This document shows positions 18,798 through 29,592 of a DNA stretch of 64,000 nucleotides, one piece after another. The position numbers were made by a program, and so were the translations under genes. Source of the DNA: a virus; the IMG/VR virus record IMGVR_UViG_3300042923_000607, positions 32,001 to 96,000 of that record. The stretch is one strand, 5' to 3'. Numbering within the stretch: position 1 is the first letter of the stretch; every line of letters begins with the position of its first letter. A model generated the notes under the pieces. It did not search any database and was not told the origin of the DNA. It worked only from the letters and a program-made list of their open reading frames with translations.

Positions 18798-20499
18798 ATT
18801 AAGATCTAGTCTTGATATAGATTTTATGGACATTCTCTACGAAGACGACTCTGTTAGCATTGTTGACGTTCTTGTTCTTCATGAAGGAATAAATCGTAAT
18901 AATTGCGATATTGCTCATGATGTAATATTAGCAGCCCTACCTACTCTTGCTAATAAGCCACTTTGGGCAATTCCTAACCGCACATATATGAAATCATATA
19001 GTGACGACTTTATAGAACACGCAAGAAATAAAGAAGACGAAAAAGATATTATAATTTTTGGAGTTTTTACTGAGTCAGGAGTTAAGAACTATAGTTTCGT
19101 AGAGATAAATAATAAAACATATTTAAAAGTTCAAGCAGTTTTGTTTAAAAAGTATAGCCCAATAGCAATCAACATTATTAAAAACAGAGATGGAAATTGC
19201 AAAATAAGCATTGAAATTTTAGCCAAAGGAAAAATGAACGATGGGATTTTTAAGATTGAAGAAATGATATTTGAGGCAGCTGTTGCACTTGGCGCCGATA
19301 TACCAGAAGGAATTGAAGGAAGTTCATTGGATGTTGTTCGTTTTTCATTGGATGACACCATTAAAGATTTTAATGATAGATATTTCAGATTTTCTATGGA
19401 AGATAAATATAAAATACCTCAAAAAGTAAAAGATAATGCAAAGTTTGGGCTAGAGTTAAGAAAAGAATACGGAAGAGGGGGAACTTCTGTTGGAGCAAAC
19501 ACGGCAAAACAAATCACCTCTAACGATTATCTTTCGTATGAAAAAGTAAAAAAAATAAGCCAATATTTCCCTAGGCACGCAAATGATAATTTAGACCAAA
19601 AAGATCCACCTAGTAACGGATATATTGCTTGGATGTTATGGGGCGGAAAAGAAGCTTGGAATTGGTCAAAGGGAATTGTTGATAAAAAAGAAGGTGAAGA
19701 AGTGAAAAATTCAGTAAACCCCATTGTCGAAGAAGAAGTTGAAGTAACGGATTTAGACAATGAAGAAATTAAAAATAATGAAAGAGAGGAGAAAATTTTG
19801 GAAAATAATAATTTAACCTTTAGTTTAAATTCTGCTCAAATATTTGAAATATTAAGTGTTGCTATTTCAAATGTTAAATACATGTGTGGAGAATATGAAT
19901 GCAGAAAATATTATACAGAGGCATATGACGAGAACTACGTATATTTGTGCGATTGCGAAGAGAATAAAACCTTCAAATTCCCTTTTGTAATTGAAAACAA
20001 TATGGCAACTGTGAATCTTGATGAAAAAATTGAGGTTATTCGCGGTGGATATTTGGAAGTTGGAGAAGAGATTAAAAATACTGAAAATGAGAAGGAAGCA
20101 AAGTATGCCGAGTTAGAAGAAAAGTATGCATCTGCAACTACCGAGTTAGAGGAATGTAAAAACAAACTGATGACCTACGAAAGAAAAGAAGAAGAAGAGA
20201 AAATGTCTTCATATATACAAAAATACTCACACCGTTTATCAAAAGAGGATGTTAAGAAGTTCAGCGAAAACATTGAAAATTCTAAATTTGAAGAACTTAA
20301 ACATTCTGTAGACGAAAGAGTTCTGGAATACGCTGAAAGAAAAGAAGATACAAAGGCTGAAGAAATAAAGAATTCTTATCAGACATCGGCCTCAAATTTC
20401 GGAGCAGTTGATCCAGTAGTATTTGAAACAAACAAAAACAAACCTAACGACCTTGATTCAATCACCAAAAAATCAGGCGTTAAAATAAAAACTAATTAA
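18787..20499 (+). CDS. prohead protease/scaffold fusion
   Basis: LHEGINRN, ISIEI, ALG..PEG.EG protease-like motifs; acidic coiled-coil C-terminus; precedes capsid genes. Confidence 0.75.
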   Translation: MENELRSSLDIDFMDILYEDDSVSIVDVLVLHEGINRNNCDIAHDVILAALPTLANKPLWAIPNRTYMKSYSDDFIEHARNKEDEKDIIIFGVFTESGVKNYSFVEINNKTYLKVQAVLFKKYSPIAINIIKNRDGNCKISIEILAKGKMNDGIFKIEEMIFEAAVALGADIPEGIEGSSLDVVRFSLDDTIKDFNDRYFRFSMEDKYKIPQKVKDNAKFGLELRKEYGRGGTSVGANTAKQITSNDYLSYEKVKKISQYFPRHANDNLDQKDPPSNGYIAWMLWGGKEAWNWSKGIVDKKEGEEVKNSVNPIVEEEVEVTDLDNEEIKNNEREEKILENNNLTFSLNSAQIFEILSVAISNVKYMCGEYECRKYYTEAYDENYVYLCDCEENKTFKFPFVIENNMATVNLDEKIEVIRGGYLEVGEEIKNTENEKEAKYAELEEKYASATTELEECKNKLMTYERKEEEEKMSSYIQKYSHRLSKEDVKKFSENIENSKFEELKHSVDERVLEYAERKEDTKAEEIKNSYQTSASNFGAVDPVVFETNKNKPNDLDSITKKSGVKIKTN

Positions 20500-20523
20500 T
20501 TATTCTATAGGAGGAATTCAATT

Positions 20524-21072
20524 ATGGCAAATAGACTTGCACGTCCCGTTACAGCAGTACCCGAATATGCAGTATTAAATTTTAAAGTACCTACAGGTAA
20601 AACATACTATGCAGGTGATGTATTTGTATTGAATACATTAGATACAGACCTAGTTAATAATTTTAGTACATTTGCACCGACTGAACCAGCTACCGCAAAT
20701 CTCGGAAAACAAATGGCTATTGTAATTAATAGCGGATTCGAGCAGTTGGAAGACGGAAGACGTCCCGACGGTCAGCCAGATTTTACACAGTATTCATTTG
20801 TTGCTGGTGACATTGTAACCGCAGTTCTCTTAGTTCAGGGATTAAGATTTGAAATTTCTACAGATTGTTTTACTGGAACAGCAACAGTGGGATATTCTAT
20901 TCATCCAGTAAATGCTGATACAAAGATGGCAACTGCTTCTGCTACTCCCGCTGGTACATATAGTTCTCTTACTACTTTGGCTAAGAAATATTTCCGTATC
21001 GGTGGCTTATTTGCTGCTCAGTCAATCAACACAGTTGTGGCTATGGTTAAAGAACCTACCCCTGCGGCTTAA
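20524..21072 (+). CDS. capsid decoration / head protein
   Basis: 182 aa A/T/G-rich protein between scaffold and major capsid; strong SD. Confidence 0.65.
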   Translation: MANRLARPVTAVPEYAVLNFKVPTGKTYYAGDVFVLNTLDTDLVNNFSTFAPTEPATANLGKQMAIVINSGFEQLEDGRRPDGQPDFTQYSFVAGDIVTAVLLVQGLRFEISTDCFTGTATVGYSIHPVNADTKMATASATPAGTYSSLTTLAKKYFRIGGLFAAQSINTVVAMVKEPTPAA

Positions 21073-21098
21073 TTTAAAATAATAGGAGGAACTATAAT

Positions 21099-22232
21099 AT
21101 GAATAAAGACTTTACTGAAATTAAATACTCTCTCGCTTTAGCTGACGATTCTGATGCTAAAGTAATAGTTAAAAATCTTGAGGAAGTAGTTCTTGCAGCT
21201 GCTACTAATGAATATGGGAAACGCAGTATGACAAAGAATTTTTCAATGGATGGTGCTACATATACTGAAAAAGAAGATAAAGTAAGAAAAGCACTATTGG
21301 CATTTGCTGCTTCCAAATCTGGTATCACTAAACTAGAAGACAAAAGAGATATCATAATGGCGTTTGATAATCCTCAGTTTGTTTCAGTGTTAAATAGTAT
21401 TGTATCTGAAACATTAACCGGAGTTGTTATTAATGCAAACGGAAGTCAGTTGCTTTCTATGTGCAATGTTTCAGATGTTGAGGTTGGTGATAGCAAGACT
21501 TTTACAATTGAACCAAAAGGACTGCCTATCGCACAGAGAGGTTCTTACATGAATAACGTTGCTTTTCTTGACGGATATTCAGCAAGCTCTCTTACTGTGG
21601 TTCCTAAATTATATACAGCCGGATCTTCCATCGATTACATTAGAATCCTTGCGAATGGATTTGATTGGGGTAAGGAATTAGCAAGAGTTGCTATGGGTAT
21701 GTTATATGCTCAGTATAAGTTAGTTGCTGGTTTATTATTTGACACAACTAACGTATCAAGCACTCCTTTATATCAGGCAACATTTGACTCATCTAAATAC
21801 ACATTGATGATTCAGTATTTACAGGCATTAAATAAAACAGGAGTTAAAGCGTATGGCACACTTCCTGCATTCCAGAAGCAGGGAACTACTGCCACCACTA
21901 ACTATGGTTTTGTACTTCAGGATACTATGATCAAAGACGGATATCTTGGAAGCGCTTATGGTGTAGATAACGTTCTTATTGATCAGGCAACTGATTTATC
22001 TGCGCCATTTGTTGATGCTAATCTTTCTAGCTTATTATTAGTACCAAATAACAAGATTCTTTTAGTTTCTGACGCAGGAGACAAGCCTGTTAAATTAGTT
22101 AGAGAGAATTTCGTTAGAACATACAGCAAGCCAGCTCAGGATGGAGCGTTATACAGACAGGAATATTCATATACCATGTCTTTCGATGCAGCCATCATTA
22201 CATCTGGTCACTATGCAATTCAGGCAGTTTAA
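21099..22232 (+). CDS. major capsid protein
   Basis: 377 aa, strong SD, followed by a terminator-like hairpin; synteny. Confidence 0.75.
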   Translation: MNKDFTEIKYSLALADDSDAKVIVKNLEEVVLAAATNEYGKRSMTKNFSMDGATYTEKEDKVRKALLAFAASKSGITKLEDKRDIIMAFDNPQFVSVLNSIVSETLTGVVINANGSQLLSMCNVSDVEVGDSKTFTIEPKGLPIAQRGSYMNNVAFLDGYSASSLTVVPKLYTAGSSIDYIRILANGFDWGKELARVAMGMLYAQYKLVAGLLFDTTNVSSTPLYQATFDSSKYTLMIQYLQALNKTGVKAYGTLPAFQKQGTTATTNYGFVLQDTMIKDGYLGSAYGVDNVLIDQATDLSAPFVDANLSSLLLVPNNKILLVSDAGDKPVKLVRENFVRTYSKPAQDGALYRQEYSYTMSFDAAIITSGHYAIQAV

Positions 22233-22313
22233 TATAAAACATTGAGGGGTTGGGGAGTTTATCCTTCTCTTCCCCTTTCAATTTAAAATTATTGAATAAA
22301 AAGGAGTTATAAA

Positions 22314-23003
22314 ATGGCAAACGTAAAAAAAACAAAAACAGAAGTAGATAACTTAGAAACAAGCAATGTCGCATCCATAGTTGTAGATACCTCGTCTTCA
22401 GACAATTCAAAAGATCAAGAGATAAGTGCTTTACAGAAGCAACTTCAAGAAATGCAGAAGGTTATCCTTGCAATGCAGTCTGCTCAATATCCAAATTCTC
22501 AGAAAGAAGACTCTTCTGAAGTTCTTTATGAAATTGGAACTAGGTTTGTAAATGGTGTAACAATCTTCTCTCCTATGAAAGACGTAAAGATTGAGATGGA
22601 TTTTGGTAAATTATACGAAATTGAGTTACACGAATTAAATTCTCTTTTAAAAAATCCTCAAAACAGAGAGTGGTTGGAAAAGGATATTCTTTTCTTTACA
22701 AACTCAGAAGTCTATAAAAAGAAAAAGCTTAACAGGCAGTATTTTTTAGATGATGATACTCTGACGGAGTTAATCATGTCTAAAGATACAGATGTATTAA
22801 AGTCCATCTTTAATAAAATGACAGAAAATATGAATTATGATCCTATGATTTATTGCTTGTTTTATAGGATTGTAGAACTCGCTTATTCTGGAAAACTAAA
22901 TAGCATGAGCCATCCTACCAGGCAAATGATAGAAAAAATGTTCAAGTTCAACTTGGATAATGCTGAGATGTTATTCCAGAGATACAAAGAGGTTAGTCGT
23001 TAA
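22314..23003 (+). CDS. hypothetical head-associated protein
   Basis: follows the capsid gene; coiled segment. Confidence 0.6.
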   Translation: MANVKKTKTEVDNLETSNVASIVVDTSSSDNSKDQEISALQKQLQEMQKVILAMQSAQYPNSQKEDSSEVLYEIGTRFVNGVTIFSPMKDVKIEMDFGKLYEIELHELNSLLKNPQNREWLEKDILFFTNSEVYKKKKLNRQYFLDDDTLTELIMSKDTDVLKSIFNKMTENMNYDPMIYCLFYRIVELAYSGKLNSMSHPTRQMIEKMFKFNLDNAEMLFQRYKEVSR

Positions 23004-23022
23004 AAAGGGGAGGTGTTAAATT

Positions 23023-23730
23023 GTGGGAACTAAGTTCGCAGCTGTTTATGAGAAAATGGATATTATCAGAGACGATAATAGAATAAGAAATAAGAGGACT
23101 AATGATATTTATAGACTTTACTATGACTACTTGACTTTTGCTATTGCCCAGTTCTATAGAACATGTAAAAAAGTTAGTTCCAAAGATTTAACTCAGAATA
23201 CACCTTTTCAGCAGATAGAGTATGGATTTATTAGTGATGGAGTAGACACTGAGTTCGTACTCACAAGTCCAAGTGTTCCTTTAGAAGACGGATGTTTTTA
23301 CGTTGGGTTTTCTCCTGACGCTACTACTTCTTTCACTGAAATAACTTCTGATAAGTATTCTTACGACAGTGTAACAAATACTATCACTGTTACGGGAATT
23401 TCAATACCTGAAAACTATATTGTGTACATATCTAGTTATTTGATAGGCGAATTCAATGATAACCTGGTTTATGATGAAATATCTATTTTGGCAAATGGAG
23501 CTATAATCCCATATCTGCAAGAGCAACAGAATAGAACAAGTTTAATGACTCAGTATGTATATGGTGCTTCCATGAAGATGTTTTCTCAAGCTGAACATAT
23601 ATCTTCGGTTCATAATGTTGTAAATTCTCAAGAGGATAAAGTTACAAATATGATAACAAAATATTCTTATTTAGCATCTCAGAACCAGCTAAAGGGGCTA
23701 GGAGGTGTAGGGTATGAACAAACAGTTTAA
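23023..23730 (+). CDS. head-tail adaptor protein (putative)
   Basis: synteny; DEISILA...FSQAEH pattern. Confidence 0.55.
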   Translation: MGTKFAAVYEKMDIIRDDNRIRNKRTNDIYRLYYDYLTFAIAQFYRTCKKVSSKDLTQNTPFQQIEYGFISDGVDTEFVLTSPSVPLEDGCFYVGFSPDATTSFTEITSDKYSYDSVTNTITVTGISIPENYIVYISSYLIGEFNDNLVYDEISILANGAIIPYLQEQQNRTSLMTQYVYGASMKMFSQAEHISSVHNVVNSQEDKVTNMITKYSYLASQNQLKGLGGVGYEQTV

Positions 23731-24775
23731 TATAAATTGTAACATAAACGAATGGAGAAATGATGTTCTCGGTTATACAAATACTCGGTTGGATTTAACG
23801 AGGAATGTATTTGACAAAGTAAAAGAAGGATTTACCACTAACCTATATTACAAGCTAGTACATAAAAATCTTGATGAGAATTCAAATTATCATGTTTGGA
23901 TTTTCGATGGAAACAATAAGGAAAAGAAAATTAAAAAATTCCAGTCTTATCCTTATCCCGCTGTTCAGTTTAAATCCGGTGACTATATAAGTTACACTGA
24001 CGATAGTGGAAACTATCAGATTTGGCTAATTATCGATTTAGATCAGACAAATGAATGGGAAGTTACTGGTGAAGTTCGTCAATGTGTTTATGAATTAAAA
24101 TGGCAAAATGCATCTGGCGATATTATTCATCGTTGGTGCACCATTGACACTTACAGTGTTGGAGACGGTCTACAGGTAACTGATGTTATTAGAGCATTAG
24201 ATGGGACATTCAAAATAAAACTGCCATTTGATAATGAAACTAAATTGCTCAAAGAAGACAAGCGGTTTCTTATTGATATTGAAGGATTGTCGGAACCACA
24301 TGCTTATAAGACTACAATGAACAACATGATCACACAAAACTTTGGAGCAAACGGAAATATTGTTGAGTTGACCGTGACAAAAGATCCTTTTATTGCAGGG
24401 ATAGATAATGCGGAACTTATGATCGCTAATTATTTTACTCCCCCGAATGAGCCTAATCCTCCAACAAACGAGCATTACTCGGTTATTTCTTGTAGTAATC
24501 CCTTAAATCAAATAAGTATAGGTGGAGCGACTAGAACGCTCTCTCCTACTTTTTATGATAATCCAGATACGATAAATACTTCTATAATATCATCTTGGAC
24601 TTACGTTTTACCTTCAGGATATGAAAATCAAATTGTTATTACTCCTTCGGGTAATAATTTAAAAATTAAAGCATTAGACAATACTTCTTTAATCGGAAAA
24701 ATAATTACTGCTACCGTTAGCGATGGAAACAATGATTATGTGTCAAGTATTGTAATTACAATTATTGCAGGATAG
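23714..24775 (+). CDS. head closure/neck protein with C-terminal Ig-like region (putative)
   Basis: synteny; beta-rich C-terminus. Confidence 0.55.
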   Translation: MNKQFNINCNINEWRNDVLGYTNTRLDLTRNVFDKVKEGFTTNLYYKLVHKNLDENSNYHVWIFDGNNKEKKIKKFQSYPYPAVQFKSGDYISYTDDSGNYQIWLIIDLDQTNEWEVTGEVRQCVYELKWQNASGDIIHRWCTIDTYSVGDGLQVTDVIRALDGTFKIKLPFDNETKLLKEDKRFLIDIEGLSEPHAYKTTMNNMITQNFGANGNIVELTVTKDPFIAGIDNAELMIANYFTPPNEPNPPTNEHYSVISCSNPLNQISIGGATRTLSPTFYDNPDTINTSIISSWTYVLPSGYENQIVITPSGNNLKIKALDNTSLIGKIITATVSDGNNDYVSSIVITIIAG

Positions 24776-24785
24776 AGGTGATTTA

Positions 24786-25373
24786 ATGGCATATAATGAA
24801 ACTTTTACCTATTTAAGTGCTTTATATAAAAGTAGATTGCTTAATAGGTTTTCAACCAGTGATGATTTATTTTTCATTATTAGCCCCACTCCTGTACAAG
24901 GATTTGATAATGACCAAATATTGCTTGGTGGAGAATTTATCATTAATGGGAATAAGACGGTGCTTCAACCATACTTATACGATTTTCAGTTTGTTCCCAC
25001 GACTCTTACAGAGGCAAAGCTAATAGTATGCGTAGAAATAGACCCTACTTCTGTAGAGAATTCAATGATGAGTAATTTTGTTTTTAATGTTTACATTTTT
25101 TCTCCAAGAACAAGTATTCCATTAAACGAATATACCATTCCGAAAAAATCAGAGGTGAACCAACACGGGTTGATAGGAAACAGAATAGATTGTACTTGCC
25201 AAATCATAGAACATTTAATGAAAGGTTCTGAATCATTTGGCTTAGGCAAGATTACAGTGGCTGCGAGAGATTTTACCGCTCCTTTTTCTCCTAATGATGC
25301 ATATGCTGGGAAACGTATGAAATTTAAGGTTAATGGATTCTCGCCTTTGGAGGTGGTTACTTGTGGCAATTAA
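24786..25373 (+). CDS. tail terminator/completion protein (putative)
   Basis: synteny; NRID....IEHLM motif. Confidence 0.5.
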   Translation: MAYNETFTYLSALYKSRLLNRFSTSDDLFFIISPTPVQGFDNDQILLGGEFIINGNKTVLQPYLYDFQFVPTTLTEAKLIVCVEIDPTSVENSMMSNFVFNVYIFSPRTSIPLNEYTIPKKSEVNQHGLIGNRIDCTCQIIEHLMKGSESFGLGKITVAARDFTAPFSPNDAYAGKRMKFKVNGFSPLEVVTCGN

Positions 25374-26136
25374 TAAGGAACTGATAGAACAACTACTTAT
25401 GTTTGGAGATCCTTATGTGTATGAAGAAAAAATTATTTTATATCCCGTACTAATGAGTAATGTGGTTCCGTTTAATATTTACTCACAATCTATAACAGTA
25501 AGGAAAGACAGTACTTTTCCAGAAAAAAAGATTATCAAGATGCCATATTTACAGTTTTTATACTATTGTTCAAACAATAAAGAACTAGCAGAAAAATATA
25601 ACATCTTTGATTTGCCAAACTGGTATAGATATGCAATGAGGTTATTAAAACTTGTTTGTCAAACTGACAATGTTAGGTTTGATCTTAATACTGGTAATTT
25701 TTATATAGAAAACATAGAAGTAAATTATAAAATGTTTGATGACATAAGAAGAATTATCATATTGCAAAATGAAATAAGCTTCGACATCGATGAGTTTTTG
25801 CATTATGAGGCGGAACAAGCTCTCATAGATTCTTCAAACAAATTAAACCAAGACAAGATAACATTAGAAGATCAAATAGATAGCTTAATAATTCAGACTC
25901 ATTACTCGGAGCAAGACATCAAAAATTTAACGATTAGAAGATTTAATAGACTTCTAAGAAGAATTAATATGAGAGATGATTTTATTATTGCCAAAGAGGC
26001 CGAAATGGGAGGAATGGTTAAGTTTAAGAATCCGATAAAGCATTGGATGATTAGTATAGAAAAACAAGACAAATATTCTGACGTTAAAACTGATAGTAAA
26101 TCATTTAACGAACTAAAGGGCAAGATTGAATCTTAG
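25363..26136 (+). CDS. tail assembly protein (putative)
   Basis: DIRRIIILQN...LTIRRF...AEMGGMVKFK.PI.HW; precedes the major tail gene. Confidence 0.5.
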   Translation: MAINKELIEQLLMFGDPYVYEEKIILYPVLMSNVVPFNIYSQSITVRKDSTFPEKKIIKMPYLQFLYYCSNNKELAEKYNIFDLPNWYRYAMRLLKLVCQTDNVRFDLNTGNFYIENIEVNYKMFDDIRRIIILQNEISFDIDEFLHYEAEQALIDSSNKLNQDKITLEDQIDSLIIQTHYSEQDIKNLTIRRFNRLLRRINMRDDFIIAKEAEMGGMVKFKNPIKHWMISIEKQDKYSDVKTDSKSFNELKGKIES

Positions 26137-26176
26137 CTCTTTTTTTATATGATAAATAAGAAAGAGAGGAAAAAAT

Positions 26177-27178
26177 ATGAAACAAAACGAATTCGTCGCA
26201 AGTGCTGCGAATCTTGCATTTTTTGTTAATGATCAGTTGGCATTCACTGGCACTGCAAACTTAAACTCTACTGTTACCGTGGCAATGCAGGAAACAAATG
26301 TAAATGCAGGACAGGGAAATATGCTTCTGTTCTCATACAAACATTCTAGAGAAATGACGGTAGCCGCCACAGCCGCTGATTGGAAGTTAGAATATCTGGC
26401 ATCTCAAGCTGGAACAGCCGTATCTCAGGGATTAAAGGATTTCTATAAGATTAACGAATGTATTACATTAACTGGCGGGGTAGGCACATTGTCTGAAGTT
26501 CCATTAGGCGGAAAAGTCGGAGTTGAACTTCCTTCTGGAAGTGTAGTTACTGTGGTTCCTACGTCTAGTACCATCAACTTATCTAGTTATGGGTTAACAA
26601 CTGAATCTGTAAAAGTTACATATAGGTATTCTACCACTGCAAAATCGGTTGTTATTGATGCTAGTTCTACTCCGCTTACCGGAAAATTAATATTAAGTGC
26701 AGGAAAATATCAGAGCAATAGAGGAAAGACTGGAAATATTGAAATAATCATTCCAGCATTTCAGTTGTCTGGTAATTTTGAAATTGCTTTAACTCCCGAC
26801 TCCGTTGTTTCCACAAACCTTGAGGGTAGATCATTGGCTGTATATGGTGATACCTGTGAGAGTGGAGCTCCTGTATATGCTTATATCAACGAAGAAGATT
26901 CTACTGAAGCACTAGCTGTATCTGAAATTTCAGCCGCTCCTTCTTTCGTGACTGTAGGAGTTGGAGACACCCAAACCCTTACCGTTCTTGGTTTAAATGG
27001 AGAATTATACCGCCCAGTGGCGCTTAGTAATTCAGACTGTACTTTTACATCTGATACTCCTGGAAAGGCAACTGTGAATTCGAGCGGTGTTATAACTGGA
27101 GTTGCAACGGGAACTGCTCTTGTTACCGTAGAATATGAAGGATTAGAAGACGTAGTATCGGTAACTATAGAAGCATAA
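26177..27178 (+). CDS. major tail protein with C-terminal Big_2 Ig domain
   Basis: TVGVGDTQTL...FTSD...ATVNSSGVITGVATG Ig motif; terminator after. Confidence 0.8.
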   Translation: MKQNEFVASAANLAFFVNDQLAFTGTANLNSTVTVAMQETNVNAGQGNMLLFSYKHSREMTVAATAADWKLEYLASQAGTAVSQGLKDFYKINECITLTGGVGTLSEVPLGGKVGVELPSGSVVTVVPTSSTINLSSYGLTTESVKVTYRYSTTAKSVVIDASSTPLTGKLILSAGKYQSNRGKTGNIEIIIPAFQLSGNFEIALTPDSVVSTNLEGRSLAVYGDTCESGAPVYAYINEEDSTEALAVSEISAAPSFVTVGVGDTQTLTVLGLNGELYRPVALSNSDCTFTSDTPGKATVNSSGVITGVATGTALVTVEYEGLEDVVSVTIEA

Positions 27179-27187
27179 GGATATATT

Positions 27188-27211
27188 GTGGGAGGGGAAA
27201 CTCTCCCACTT
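27188..27211 (+). terminator. intrinsic terminator-like hairpin
   Basis: GTGGGAGGG-GAAA-CTCTCCCAC. Confidence 0.65.
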
Positions 27212-27227
27212 ATATTAAAGGAGTTTT

Positions 27228-27458
27228 ATGGAAAATATTGATATTAAAGAGTCAAAAGATGAAAGTTATAAGAAGGTAAAAAAGAAAATCAAACAGTGTA
27301 GAATAATTAAATTTGATCCCTTGAGAAAAAGAATCAAAATTGATTTTGATGGATATGGCATTGATGTGTCTGATGTTGTGGAAATTAAAAGCGAATATGT
27401 TAGAATTGAATATTCAGGTGAAATCGGACGATCAAATTTTAAGTTTAGGATAATCTAG
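27228..27458 (+). CDS. hypothetical protein
   Basis: 76 aa, SD AAGGAG. Confidence 0.65.
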   Translation: MENIDIKESKDESYKKVKKKIKQCRIIKFDPLRKRIKIDFDGYGIDVSDVVEIKSEYVRIEYSGEIGRSNFKFRII

Positions 27459-27465
27459 GAGTCGT

Positions 27466-27690
27466 ATGTGTAAAAATTCATATATAAAACTCAGTTCCAC
27501 CACAAAAACAGAAATGATATATTGTCACTTATTTGATGATGAAAATTCAGATATGCTAAGGATTTGCAGGTTTCAAAAGTATTGTGGACAAGTAAAAAAA
27601 TATATATTTAATAACGAAAATAAGTGTAAAAGAAAAAATATATTAGAGGATGGGCATGAAAAGTGCAATGAAGATATTAATTTTTCATAG
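27466..27690 (+). CDS. Cys-rich hypothetical protein
   Basis: 74 aa with several Cys, SD AGGAG. Confidence 0.6.
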   Translation: MCKNSYIKLSSTTKTEMIYCHLFDDENSDMLRICRFQKYCGQVKKYIFNNENKCKRKNILEDGHEKCNEDINFS

Positions 27691-27758
27691 GCATATGTCC
27701 GTTACAAAATGGATGTATGCCTATTTTTTTACAAATTATAAATGAAAGAAGGGTTTAT

Positions 27759-27968
27759 GTGGAAAAGATAATAACAATAAGATACGACAGTAATGATGTC
27801 GTCTATACCGATAACCAAAAAATGGTAGCCTTCTATTTAGAGCAAGGAGAACAAGTTCTATATACACTATTGGGAAATGAAAAAAAGTTATTATTTGCAT
27901 TTTCAAAAATAAAAACAGCAGAATCATTTAAGAAGTGGACTGAAAATAAACCAAGAAAAAATAAATAG
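27759..27968 (+). CDS. small hypothetical protein (DUF5659-like)
   Basis: GTG start after GAAGGG; FAFSK..T...FKKW motif. Confidence 0.55.
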   Translation: MEKIITIRYDSNDVVYTDNQKMVAFYLEQGEQVLYTLLGNEKKLLFAFSKIKTAESFKKWTENKPRKNK

Positions 27969-27978
27969 AGGTGATTTA

Positions 27979-28314
27979 TTGTACAAAGAATTAAAATCGC
28001 ACAACACATCTTCAGAAATGGGATATGTCTACATATTACACAACCCAGAAAGTAACTTAGTTAAGATTGGGAAAACAAAATTCCCTTATAAAAGATTCTC
28101 TAATCTTTCAAATCAAAATGGCAGTAAGTTCAAATATCATATTACTGAATCTATGTTTATAGAAGGAATTATAGAAAAAATATTACATAATAAGTTTGCG
28201 ATGAAAAGAAAATGTGGTGAATGGTTTAATATTAATTTTGATGATGCTCTTTCGGAGTTAGAAAATATATTAAACAGCGAAGATTTCAAGAGAAGAAATA
28301 TCAATAAAATATAA
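27979..28314 (+). CDS. GIY-YIG superfamily (T5orf172-like) protein
   Basis: GYVYIL..VKIGKT..P.KR..L...IE..LH..F....GEWF. Confidence 0.8.
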   Translation: MYKELKSHNTSSEMGYVYILHNPESNLVKIGKTKFPYKRFSNLSNQNGSKFKYHITESMFIEGIIEKILHNKFAMKRKCGEWFNINFDDALSELENILNSEDFKRRNINKI

Positions 28315-28336
28315 GTTTGATTTAAGGAGGATTAAC

Positions 28337-28516
28337 TTGCCAAATTACTATTATGAATGCGAAGACCACGGAGAAATGATTTTGCGATTGAGTATGTCTG
28401 AAGTAAAGGATGAAATGGAGTGTCCACTATGCAAAAAGAAAGTTAAAAGAGTATACTCTCCTACTCCTAGCGTTTGGTGCTGCTCAGGCTCATACAATCA
28501 GACAAGAGGTAAATAA
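28337..28516 (+). CDS. FmdB-like zinc-ribbon protein (not in track)
   Basis: TTG start after AAGGAGG; MPNYYYECEDHG...CPLC...KRVYS. Confidence 0.7.
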   Translation: MPNYYYECEDHGEMILRLSMSEVKDEMECPLCKKKVKRVYSPTPSVWCCSGSYNQTRGK

Positions 28517-28990
28517 ATGGCTAAGAAAAGAACAAGGTCAAAATTTCATGTAGATATTACATCTAAAGGTATAGAAAAACGTACATATGAGGGAGAAACT
28601 TATGACAGTTTAACGGAAATGAGATTCCTTCAAGAGTGGATTCTGCCAAAAATGGAAAGCGGAGAAATAGAAAAATGGGAAAGACAAATACCCTTTATTC
28701 TGCAAGAGGGATTCACAAGAAAAAATGGCAGCAAGGTTTTGCCTATAAAATATATAAGCGACTTCATTGTTTATTGGACTGATGGTACCCGTACTATTTT
28801 TGATGTTAAAGGTCAGCCGGATAATTTAAGCAAAACAAAAAGAAAAATTTTCTGGAAGAAATATCCTGACGAAGAATATGTGTGGATGTGTAGAAATATA
28901 AAATTTGGAGATGAGAGTCACTGGTTGACATACGAAGAGTTGGAGCAGAAAAGGAAAATGGAAAAGAAAAACAAGACCTCAAATAAGTAG
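28517..28990 (+). CDS. DUF1064-like PD-(D/E)XK nuclease
   Basis: YDSLTE, QIPFILQE, YISDF, DVKG, K.K.F motifs. Confidence 0.8.
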   Translation: MAKKRTRSKFHVDITSKGIEKRTYEGETYDSLTEMRFLQEWILPKMESGEIEKWERQIPFILQEGFTRKNGSKVLPIKYISDFIVYWTDGTRTIFDVKGQPDNLSKTKRKIFWKKYPDEEYVWMCRNIKFGDESHWLTYEELEQKRKMEKKNKTSNK

Positions 28991-29022
28991 GTCTTTTATT
29001 TAATCTAAAATGGAGGATTAGA

Positions 29023-29592
29023 ATGAAAACATCAAACAACATTGAATTAAAAGATAAAGTATCTTTAGATGACAAGATTAAAATTATTAATACGGTAGTT
29101 AATTCATGCTTTTTAAATGGAGAATATACTCCTTATTATAAGGATTATACCTTAAAAATGTGTTTTGGATTATATGTTTTAAGTGGAATAGAATTTGAAG
29201 AAAACGAAGATATTGCAGAATTAATAGAGGAAAAAAATGAACTATCTGAACTATGGAGAATGTGGAAAGACGATAGTTTTAGCTGGGAACTAACTCAAGA
29301 CATCGATGACATTGTAGACTACAAAAAGAAACAATTGTTGAATGAAAACAATGAGATTAATAAATATTTGATTGACTTATTAAGGGAACAAGTTGAAACA
29401 GTAAAATTACAGAAAAAGGTTCTTGAGCAGGCCGATAAAATTAATGGTCAGTATTCAAAGGAAGACATCATGAGAATAACTGAGGCTTCTGAGAAATTAT
29501 CAGATAAATTAAAAGATATTGACGTTCAGAAAGGCTTAGTTCAAAGCATAAAGAAACCAACCGACCACAAAAGAGCTCAGAGGGCAAAGTAA
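29023..29592 (+). CDS. hypothetical tail-region protein
   Basis: 189 aa, strong SD. Confidence 0.65.
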   Translation: MKTSNNIELKDKVSLDDKIKIINTVVNSCFLNGEYTPYYKDYTLKMCFGLYVLSGIEFEENEDIAELIEEKNELSELWRMWKDDSFSWELTQDIDDIVDYKKKQLLNENNEINKYLIDLLREQVETVKLQKKVLEQADKINGQYSKEDIMRITEASEKLSDKLKDIDVQKGLVQSIKKPTDHKRAQRAK

